Shown here in pieces: positions 48,140 to 55,985 of a DNA stretch of 64,000 bases. Both the position numbers and the translations under genes were made by a program. Each line of letters begins with the position of its first letter. Position 1 is the stretch's first letter. Origin of the DNA: Candidatus Limnocylindria bacterium (GTDB lineage Bacteria > Chloroflexota > Limnocylindria > P2-11E). A model generated the notes under the pieces. It ran no database searches. It was not told the DNA's origin and was given only the letters and a program-made list of their open reading frames with translations. Location of the stretch: positions 2,704 to 66,703 of the forward strand of contig DASSSF010000058.1 in the NCBI GenBank assembly GCA_035708565.1, written 5' to 3'.

Positions 48140-48466
48140 GTGCTCCTGCTCGAGACACGCGGCAGGAAGAGCGGCGAGGCGCGCCGCACGCCGGTGTACT
48201 TCGTGCGCGACGGCGCCGACGTGATCGTCGTCGCGTCGAACTGGGGCCGCGACGACGATCCGGCCTGGTACCGCAACCTCATGGCGCGGCCGGACGACGC
48301 CGCGATGGTCGTCGACGGGCGGCGCACGGCGGTGCGGCCCGAGGCCGTCGCGCACGCGGACCGCGAACGCGTCTGGAAGGCCGCGGACGCCGCGTACCCG
48401 CAGTACGCGGACTACCGCAAGTGGACGCGGCGCGAGATCCCGCTCGTGCGCCTCATGCCGCGCTAG
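48140..48466 (+). CDS. Deazaflavin (F420H2)-dependent nitroreductase-family (DDN-like, PPOX-class split barrel)
   Basis: 'LLLETRGRKSGEARRTPVYFVRDGADVIVVASNWG...PAWYRNL...YPQYADYRKWTRREIPLVRL' is the DDN family pattern. The homologous N-terminus continues in-frame upstream to about 48040 with no canonical start. Confidence 0.75.
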   Translation: MLLLETRGRKSGEARRTPVYFVRDGADVIVVASNWGRDDDPAWYRNLMARPDDAAMVVDGRRTAVRPEAVAHADRERVWKAADAAYPQYADYRKWTRREIPLVRLMPR

Positions 48467-49587
48467 GCGGGTGCCCGCTCCTTCAGCGCGATCACGTTGA
48501 ATGCCGGGATCGGACGCGTGAGGCCCTTGAGCTCGAGATCCGGCAGGCGCTCACACTCGACCTGATCCTCGACCGCGGCGTGCACGCGCTGGCTGATCAC
48601 GATCTGGCCGTCCTTCGCCTGCCCCGCGAGCCGCGCGCCGAGGTTCGTGACCGCGCCGACCGCTCCGTAGTCGAAGCGGCCCTCGAAGCCGATCCGCCCG
48701 AGCGTCGCGTACCCGAGCGAGATCCCGACGCCGAAGCCGAGCGTGTAGCCCTTCTTCTTCCACGGCCGCGAGATCTCGCCGAAGCGCTCGCGCATCGCGA
48801 CGGCCATCCGAACGGCCCGGAGCGGCGCGTCCTCCTGCGTGATCGGGTCGTTGAAGAACGTCATGAACCCGTCGCCGGCGAAATGCTCGAGCGTGCCCTC
48901 GTGCCGGAACACGAGCTCGCCCATCGCCGCGTGGTACGTGCGGAGGACGGCGAGCGCCTCCTCGGGCTCGGAGGTGTCGGTGAAGGCGGTGTACCCGCGC
49001 AGGTCGCAGAACGCGACCGTGATCTCGCGCCGGTGCGGCTCGAGCGCCGACTCCGCGCCCTGCGACGTCACCATCTCCGCGATCTGCGGCGACAGGAAGT
49101 GGCGGAGCCGGCCGAGGCGCGCGAGCTCGTCGACCTGGTCGCGCACGCGTGCCTCGAGCGTCTGGTTCCAGTGCTCGAGCTCGCCGCGCTGGCGCTCGAC
49201 CGTGTCGTGGTACCGCTTCACGCGCAGGAGCGAGCGCACGCGAGTGAGGAGCTCGGTCTGGTCCCACGGCTTCGGGAGGAAGTCGTCCGCGCCGGCCTCG
49301 ACCGCCTTCTTCTTCTCCGGCAGGTCGCTCGCCGTGACCATGACGATCGGCAGGAACTGCGTCGCGGGGTCCGCGCGGACGCGGCGGCAGACCTCATAGC
49401 CGTCGATGCCGGGCAGCATGATGTCGAGGAGGACGAGGTCCGGCTTCTCGGTCAGCACCTTGAGGAGCGCGTCCTCGCCCGTCGCCGCCGTGACGACCGT
49501 GTAGCCCTGCGGCGCGAGGACGGCCTCGAGGAGCCGCAGGTTCTGCGGCACGTCGTCGACGGCGAGGATCTTCGCGGGCTCGGTCAC
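48463..49587 (-). CDS. Response regulator (receiver domain) fused to class III adenylate/guanylate cyclase
   Basis: REC 'ILAVDDVPQNLRL...LVLLDIMLPGIDG'. CHD 'ITVAFCDLRGYTAF...FAGDGFMTFF'. Confidence 0.9.
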   Translation of the reverse strand: MTEPAKILAVDDVPQNLRLLEAVLAPQGYTVVTAATGEDALLKVLTEKPDLVLLDIMLPGIDGYEVCRRVRADPATQFLPIVMVTASDLPEKKKAVEAGADDFLPKPWDQTELLTRVRSLLRVKRYHDTVERQRGELEHWNQTLEARVRDQVDELARLGRLRHFLSPQIAEMVTSQGAESALEPHRREITVAFCDLRGYTAFTDTSEPEEALAVLRTYHAAMGELVFRHEGTLEHFAGDGFMTFFNDPITQEDAPLRAVRMAVAMRERFGEISRPWKKKGYTLGFGVGISLGYATLGRIGFEGRFDYGAVGAVTNLGARLAGQAKDGQIVISQRVHAAVEDQVECERLPDLELKGLTRPIPAFNVIALKERAPA

Positions 49588-49955
49588 GCCCGCAGGTAGC
49601 CTCGCACCTGGTCGGGGAACACCTTGATGTCGATCGGCTTCGCGATGAAGCCGTCGAAGCCCGCCTTGTCGAAGCGCTCGCGGTCGTTCGCCATGACGGA
49701 GGCGGTGAGCGCGACGACGGGGATCTTCGACGTCGCGGCGTCCTTGCGGATCCGCTCGAACGCGGTGATCCCGTCGATCCCCGGCATCTGGATGTCCATG
49801 AGCACGAGGTCGGGCTGGTGCTCGCTCGCCATGCGGATCCCGGTCTCGCCGTCCGTCGCCTCGACGGTGCGGAAGCCCGCGAACCGGAGCACGTCGCGCG
49901 CGAGCTTCATGTTCTTCTCGTTGTCCTCGACGATGAGGATCAGCTCGTTCGCCAT
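49584..49955 (-). CDS. Single-domain CheY-like response regulator
   Basis: 123 aa with 'LILIVEDNEKN...LVLMDIQMPGIDG...KPI'. Confidence 0.9.
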   Translation of the reverse strand: MANELILIVEDNEKNMKLARDVLRFAGFRTVEATDGETGIRMASEHQPDLVLMDIQMPGIDGITAFERIRKDAATSKIPVVALTASVMANDRERFDKAGFDGFIAKPIDIKVFPDQVRGYLRA

Positions 49956-52900
49956 CTACCTCTTCGCGTCCCCCTTCAAGAGCGGCAGCGCGAACGTGAA
50001 GGTACTGCCCTTGCCGACCTCGCTGTCGACCCAGATACGCCCGCCGTGGAGCTCGACGAACTTCTTCGAGAGCGTGAGCCCGAGGCCGGTGCCCTCGCGC
50101 GCACGGCCCTCGCTCGTCGCGGCCTGGTGGAACTCCTCGAAGATCTTCTCGCGCTCGGCCTCCGGGATCCCGATGCCCGTGTCGTGCACGGCGACGCGGA
50201 CCTCGCCGTCGTCGCGATGTGCCTCGACCGCTACGTGGCCGCCGTCCGGCGTGAATTTCACGGCGTTCGAGAGGAGGTTGTAGACGATCTGTTTTACCTT
50301 CCGCTCGTCCGCGCGCACGCGGTCGACCTTCCCTCTGACCCTGAGGTCGACCTTGATGCCGTGCCGCGCGGCGCGCTCGCGCACCATCGTGACGCCGTTC
50401 TCGAGCGCCTCCTTGAGCGAGAACTCGCCGACTTCGAGCTCCATGCGGCCGGCCTCGACCTTCGAGAGGTCAAGGATGTCGTTGATGAGCGAGAGGAGGT
50501 GCCGACCCGACGAGAGGATGTCCTCGAGGTACTCCTTCTGCCGCGCGTTGGGCTCGCCGAACATGCCCTGCGCGAGGACCTCGCTGAAGCCGATGATCGC
50601 GTTGAGCGGCGTGCGCAGCTCATGGCTCATGTTCGCGAGGAACTCGCTCTTGTGCTGGTTCGCGAGCTCGAGCTGGCGCGACTTCTCCTGCGTCTCGCTG
50701 AAGAGGCGCGCGTTCTCGATTGCGATGACCGCCTGGTCCGCGAAGGTCTCGACGAGCCCGATCTGCTCACGGCTGAACGGCCGCGGCTCCGTCCGCCACA
50801 TCGCGATGACGCCGAGCGCCTTGCCCTCGTGCAGCAACGGCACGGAGAGGAGCGTCCGGAAGCCCCCCAGCTTCTGCGCGTCCAGGTACGTGTAGGTCTC
50901 GTCGGTGAGGACGTCGTGGATGTGGACCGTGCGACGCCCGATGAACGCGCGGCCGGTGGACGACCCCGCGTCGTCCGCCGCGATCGGATGCGCTCGCTGC
51001 CACTCGTGCATCACCTCGGCCTTCGTGCCGATGGCGGCGACCATCCGCAGGACCGGCCCCTCGGCGCGGTAGATGAAGCCGTTCTCCGCGCCGGCCAGGC
51101 GCGTCGCGTGCGCCACGACCGTGTTGAGCACGCCCGCGAGGTCTAGGCCCGAGCTCGTGATCTGGTTCAGGACCTCGGCGGTCGCGGTCTGCCGCGCGAG
51201 GGCGTCCTTCGTCTCGTTGAAGAGGCGTACGTTCTCCATCGCGATGGCGGCCTGATCCGCGAACGTCTCGACCAGGCGCATCTCCCGCTCCGTGAACGGA
51301 CGCACGTCGGTGTGGAAGACCATGAGCGTGCCGATCGCGCGGCCCTCGCGCATGAGTGGCACTGCGAGCCGTGTCAGCGGACCGTCCTGGGGCAGCTCCG
51401 GCCGCGTGCGCACATCCGCCACGTACTGCCGTCGCCCTGTGCGGATGCTGAGCGCGGCCAGCGTGGTGCCGCCGAGGCGCGCGTAGCCGGGGCGCGGGCT
51501 CCCGTCGGGCAACGCGGGGGCGAAGAGCGGGCCGTTGCCGGCGAGCCAGCGGATCTCATCCCCGTCGACCCGTCCGAGCTGCGCCGAGTCCGCGCCGCTG
51601 AGCGCTACCGCACGCTCGACGATCGTCTTGAGGACCGTGTCGAGGTCGAATGCCGAGCGGCTGATCGATGCGAGCACATCGGCGACCGCCGTCTGCTGCT
51701 CCAGCGCCTCTCTCGTCTCATTGAACAGGCGCACGTTCTCCATCGCGATCGCGGCCTGGTCGGCGAAGGTCGTCACGATGGCGACGTCGGCGTCCGTGAA
51801 CGGCTGCACGTGCGTTCGCCAGAGCGACAGCACGCCGACGACGCGGCCATCTCTCAGCAGCGGCACGCCGAGCATCGACCGCAGGTTGCCGACGCGCTGG
51901 TGCTCGCGCAGCGCGTAATCGGGATCGGCGCTCGCGTCGTCGATGCGGACCGCGCGACCCTCGGCCGTGACGCGTCCGGTCAGGCTGCCGCGGTCGTTCG
52001 GGGCGATCGGATGCTCCTCGTTCAGCCGGCGCAGCTCCTCCGGGATCTCGTACCCCGCGGCGATGCGCAGGAAGCCGTCGTCGTCCACGCGGTAGATCAC
52101 GCCATGCGCGGCGCGGCACAGCCGCGCCGCGCGCTCGATCACCGTGTTGAGGAGCGTCGGGAGATCGAAGGCGGAGCGTCCGATGGCGGCGAGCACCTCG
52201 CTGACGGCGGTCTGCTGCTCCAGCGCGTCCCTCGTCTCGTTGAAGAGGCGCACGTTCTCGATCGCGATGACCGCTTGATCGGCGAACGTCCGCAGGAGGT
52301 CGAGCTGCCGGTCGGCGAAGGGACCTGGTACGGAGCGCCGGAGCAGGATCGCGCCGATCGCCTTCCCCTCACGCATGAGCGGCATCGCGGCGGCGGCGCG
52401 ATGACCCGTTCGCCTCGCGAACTCGAGGGTGATCGGATAGTCGGCCGCGGCTGACGGTTCCTGGATGTCGGGGACGTGGACGAGCGCTCCGTCGACGATG
52501 GCGCGTCCCGTCATCGACGTGCGGTCCACGGGCCAGACCGCCTCGCGCTCCGCGTAGACGGGCCCCTCGTGTGCGACGGCGCGGAAGTGCCGGCCTTCGA
52601 CGAGGAGGACCGCCGCGTCCTCGGCGCCACAGAAGCGCACCGCGTTCCGGGCGATCGCGTCGAGCACGGGCTGGTCGCTCGTGGGCGAGCCCGCGATGGC
52701 GCGGAGGACCTCACCGGTCGCGGTCTGTCGCTCGAGCGCCTCTCTCGTCTCGTTGAAGAGCCGCACGTTCTCGATCGCGATCGCGGCCTGGTCCGCGAAC
52801 GTGCGGAGCAGCCCGATCTGCTTCTCGGTGAACGGGCGTACCTCCGTCCGGCGGAGCGTGATCGCGCCGAGCGGAACGCCTTCCCGGAGGAGCGGCGCGG

Positions 52901-55865
52901 CGAGGACCGTCCGCAGGCCGAGCTCTCGCGCGCCGCGCACGCCGGTCGGCCACTCCTCCTCGCTCTCGGCGGCCATGTCGTGCACGTGGATGACCTCCCG
53001 GTCGACGATCGCCCGGCCACGGACGGAGCCGCGGTCGATCTTCCACGGCGGGAGCGACCGCGCGATCGGGCCGTGCCGGGCGACCTGCTCGAAGAGGCCG
53101 TCGGCCCGGATGAGCCCGACGCCACAGTCCTCTGCCGCGCAGTAGCGGGCCGCGCTCCGCGCGATCGCGTCGAGCACGGGCTGGATGTCGCCGGGGGAGC
53201 TCGAGATGACCTGGAGGATCTCGCTGATCGCGGTCTGCTGCTCAAGCGACTCCTTCGTCTCGTTGAACAGCCGTACGTTCTCGATCGCGATCACCGCCTG
53301 GTCGGCGAACGTCCGGGCGAGGTCGATCTGCCGCTCGGTGAAGGGGCGCACCTCGGCCCGCCGCATGACGATCGCACCGACGGCCGTGCCCTGGCGGAGC
53401 AGCGGCGCGGCGAGCGTCGTGCGATGCCCGAACTTCGTCGCGAGCTCCTGGGTGCGCGGGTACGTGTCGTCCGCGAGCGGATCCTCGACCTGGAGCACGC
53501 GTGACTCGAGGATCGCCCGCCCGGCGATCGCTCCGGGCTCGATCGCGACGACCGTCGGGCGGGCGCTGTCGTGGCCGGAGACGATGGTCCCCGCGTGCGC
53601 TCGGGACACGAGCCGATCACCCTCGCGCAGCAGCACGATCACGTCCTCCGCGGCGCAGAACCGCTGCGCGCTCTCCGCGATCGCGTCGAGGACCGGCTGG
53701 AGCTCCGTCGGCGACGTGGACATGACGCGGAGGATCTCGGCGGTCGCGGTCTGCCGCTCGAGCGCCTCCTTCGTCTCGTTGAAGAGCCGGACGTTCTCGA
53801 TCGCGATCGCGGCCTGGGCCGCGAGCTGCTCGACGAGCCCCACCTCGCTCTCCCTGAACCCGCCGGGGCGAGCTCGGCCGAGGCGGATGGCGCCGATCGG
53901 CTGGCCGTCCTGGAAGACAGGCACCGAGAGCCGACTGCGGCTCCACGTCTCGTGCTCGGGCTGCGCCCCTTCCATGAGCGACGCGTCCGTGGCGAAGTCC
54001 GGGGTCTGGTGCGATCGGCCGTCGAGGATCGCCCGCCCGGGCAGCGTGCCGAAGTCCAGGCCGAACCTCCAGCCGAGCGGGACCCCTTCCGGCGGCGGCG
54101 GCCAGTTGCCGGCGCGCGCCTCGCTCAGGATCTCTTGACCGGCCCTGCGGTAGAACGCCGCCTGCTCCGCGCCGCACAGCCGCATCGCCGCTTCGAGGAT
54201 CACGGTGAGGACGGGCGCGACATCGCCCCGGGCCGCGGCGATCGCACTGTGGATCTCCGCCGTGGCAGTCTGCCGCTCGAGGGCGGCCTTGGTCTCGTTG
54301 AACAGACGCACGTTCTCGATCGCGATCACCGCCTGGTCGGCGAACGTCCGGGCCAGGTCGATCTGCCGCTCGGTGAAGTGGCGCACCTCGGCCCGCCGCA
54401 TGACGATCGCGCCGACCGCGACACCTTGGCGCAGCAAGGGGGCCGCGAGCGTGGTGCGGTGGCCGTACCGCTCCGCGAGCTCGCGGGAGCGCGGGTACGA
54501 GTCGTCGGCGAGCGGGTCCTCCACCTGAAGGACCTGCGACTCGAGGATGGCGCGTCCGGCGATGGCTCCGGGCTCGATCGTGACGACAGTGGGGCGGGCG
54601 CTGTCGAGGCTTGTGACGATGGTCCCCGCGTGCGCTCGGGACACGAGCTGATCGCCCTCGCGCAGCAGCACGACCACGTCCTCCGCGGCGCAGAACCGCT
54701 GCGCGCTCTGGGCGATCGCGTCGAGGACCGGCTGGAGCTCCGTCGGCGACGTGGACATGACGCGGAGGATCTCCGCGGTCGCGGTCTGCCGATCGAGCGC
54801 TTCGGCCAGCTCACGCCGGCGACGCACGGTCCGCTCGCCGAGCCTACCCAGCGCGACGCTGCCGGCGAGCAGCGCGGCGAGCAGCGCGACGCGCAGTGCG
54901 CGATCGACGGCGAGGGTGCGTTGGAGCTCCGCTCGTTCCGCCGCGGGATCGATCGCGGCGATCACGCGCCATCCCGTATCGCCGACCGGTGCGGCGGCGG
55001 CGATGCGAGGCGAGCGTGCGATCGGGTCGTCGCGCTCGACGGCGCCGGCAGCGGTGAGCGCTGGATCGGCCGTCAGATCCGCGCCGCTGATCGGTGGCTC
55101 GAGCGCTCTCGCGGCGAGGATCCCAGCGCCGTCCGTTAGGTACAGGTCGTCGGGCGCGGATGCGTGGGGGCGAAGCAGCTCGGCGAGCGGTGCGTTGGTC
55201 ACTTCGACGACGAACGCGCCGGCGAACGGCGTGAGCCCACCCGGGATCGGCGCGACCATCTGGATCGCGGGTCCGGCGCTCGGGCCGACCGATCGTTCTA
55301 CGTACCCGTACTCAGGCCTGCCAGACGATGGCCCGCCTGCCGTCGCCAGGCGTTTCGCGCGGAGGAATGTGGGCAGGTCCGTCACGGCGGGCCCCGGGAT
55401 CCGGCCTGCGCCCGTACCTCCTGCACCCTGTCCCCCAGGGCCAGATCCAACGCCTGCGCCGACGCCGACCGGCCGACCGTCGGCGTCCACGAACCACATG
55501 CTCGAGCCGCCAGCGTCCAGTCGCGCCCCGCCGACCGGACGGAGCGCGCGCAGTGTTGTCTCGAACGCGCGCTCGAGAGTCGCCGTGTCGCGCGCGGTCA
55601 CCGCCGCCCGGACCACGGGATCGTTCGCGGTAACGAGCGCGATGTTTCCGATCTCGCGGAGCCAGGCGTTCGCGACACCCGCGCCGCGGCGTGCCGACTG
55701 CTCCGCTCGCTCCCGCAGCGACGCCTCGAGACGCTCCTTCGCGTCGGCAGCCGCCACCTCGTCCAGTACGGCGATCGGCAGCGCGATGACGAGCGCGGTG
55801 AGCAGTGGCACGTACCACCACCGCGCGAACAGGCGCTCGACGACAGGCGCGAGCTCCCGGCGCAA
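49956..55865 (-). CDS. Giant sensor histidine kinase (1969 aa): TM, extracytoplasmic sensor domain, TM, eight tandem GAF domains, HisKA, HATPase_c
   Basis: Eight 'ENVRLFNET(K/R)...LE(R/Q)QTA(T/V)...' linker-GAF units. H-box 'FLANMSHELRTPLNAI'. G-boxes 'HDTGIGI', 'GTGLGLTL'. Confidence 0.9.
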   Translation of the reverse strand: MRRELAPVVERLFARWWYVPLLTALVIALPIAVLDEVAAADAKERLEASLRERAEQSARRGAGVANAWLREIGNIALVTANDPVVRAAVTARDTATLERAFETTLRALRPVGGARLDAGGSSMWFVDADGRPVGVGAGVGSGPGGQGAGGTGAGRIPGPAVTDLPTFLRAKRLATAGGPSSGRPEYGYVERSVGPSAGPAIQMVAPIPGGLTPFAGAFVVEVTNAPLAELLRPHASAPDDLYLTDGAGILAARALEPPISGADLTADPALTAAGAVERDDPIARSPRIAAAAPVGDTGWRVIAAIDPAAERAELQRTLAVDRALRVALLAALLAGSVALGRLGERTVRRRRELAEALDRQTATAEILRVMSTSPTELQPVLDAIAQSAQRFCAAEDVVVLLREGDQLVSRAHAGTIVTSLDSARPTVVTIEPGAIAGRAILESQVLQVEDPLADDSYPRSRELAERYGHRTTLAAPLLRQGVAVGAIVMRRAEVRHFTERQIDLARTFADQAVIAIENVRLFNETKAALERQTATAEIHSAIAAARGDVAPVLTVILEAAMRLCGAEQAAFYRRAGQEILSEARAGNWPPPPEGVPLGWRFGLDFGTLPGRAILDGRSHQTPDFATDASLMEGAQPEHETWSRSRLSVPVFQDGQPIGAIRLGRARPGGFRESEVGLVEQLAAQAAIAIENVRLFNETKEALERQTATAEILRVMSTSPTELQPVLDAIAESAQRFCAAEDVIVLLREGDRLVSRAHAGTIVSGHDSARPTVVAIEPGAIAGRAILESRVLQVEDPLADDTYPRTQELATKFGHRTTLAAPLLRQGTAVGAIVMRRAEVRPFTERQIDLARTFADQAVIAIENVRLFNETKESLEQQTAISEILQVISSSPGDIQPVLDAIARSAARYCAAEDCGVGLIRADGLFEQVARHGPIARSLPPWKIDRGSVRGRAIVDREVIHVHDMAAESEEEWPTGVRGARELGLRTVLAAPLLREGVPLGAITLRRTEVRPFTEKQIGLLRTFADQAAIAIENVRLFNETREALERQTATGEVLRAIAGSPTSDQPVLDAIARNAVRFCGAEDAAVLLVEGRHFRAVAHEGPVYAEREAVWPVDRTSMTGRAIVDGALVHVPDIQEPSAAADYPITLEFARRTGHRAAAAMPLMREGKAIGAILLRRSVPGPFADRQLDLLRTFADQAVIAIENVRLFNETRDALEQQTAVSEVLAAIGRSAFDLPTLLNTVIERAARLCRAAHGVIYRVDDDGFLRIAAGYEIPEELRRLNEEHPIAPNDRGSLTGRVTAEGRAVRIDDASADPDYALREHQRVGNLRSMLGVPLLRDGRVVGVLSLWRTHVQPFTDADVAIVTTFADQAAIAMENVRLFNETREALEQQTAVADVLASISRSAFDLDTVLKTIVERAVALSGADSAQLGRVDGDEIRWLAGNGPLFAPALPDGSPRPGYARLGGTTLAALSIRTGRRQYVADVRTRPELPQDGPLTRLAVPLMREGRAIGTLMVFHTDVRPFTEREMRLVETFADQAAIAMENVRLFNETKDALARQTATAEVLNQITSSGLDLAGVLNTVVAHATRLAGAENGFIYRAEGPVLRMVAAIGTKAEVMHEWQRAHPIAADDAGSSTGRAFIGRRTVHIHDVLTDETYTYLDAQKLGGFRTLLSVPLLHEGKALGVIAMWRTEPRPFSREQIGLVETFADQAVIAIENARLFSETQEKSRQLELANQHKSEFLANMSHELRTPLNAIIGFSEVLAQGMFGEPNARQKEYLEDILSSGRHLLSLINDILDLSKVEAGRMELEVGEFSLKEALENGVTMVRERAARHGIKVDLRVRGKVDRVRADERKVKQIVYNLLSNAVKFTPDGGHVAVEAHRDDGEVRVAVHDTGIGIPEAEREKIFEEFHQAATSEGRAREGTGLGLTLSKKFVELHGGRIWVDSEVGKGSTFTFALPLLKGDAKR
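53290..53830. repeat. Direct repeat copy B (GAF3-coding) of an internal duplication within the kinase gene. About 90% nt identity to 54320..54830.
   Basis: Compared by eye: for example, 53641..53800 is nearly identical to 54670..54830. Confidence 0.7.
54320..54830. repeat. Direct repeat copy A (GAF1-coding), partner of 53290..53830
   Basis: The protein segments 'ERQTATAEILRVMSTSPTELQPVLDAIA(Q/E)SAQRFCAAEDV...' are about 90% identical between GAF1 and GAF3. Confidence 0.7.
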
Positions 55866-55985
55866 GGCCGCCCTCCTCTACCTCAGGCGGCGAGTATCCG
55901 CGCGCACGCTTCGTAACGGAAGCGTCGGGCGCACAACGCCCCCGACGTTGCGGCGGCGACGCGCCCGTCCTTACCCTTCGGCGCC

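Noticed and set aside
47496-48158. 220-aa - strand ORF between the SBP and DDN genes
   Set aside because: It is R/G/S-rich junk translation antisense to the more plausible + strand ORF 47484..48035 and to the DDN N-terminal region.
53290-54830. Long direct repeats that could be CRISPR, IS elements or a mobile element
   Set aside because: They are in-frame coding repeats (GAF domain duplication) inside one continuous 1969-aa ORF. There is no transposase, no terminal inverted repeats and no short regular spacers.
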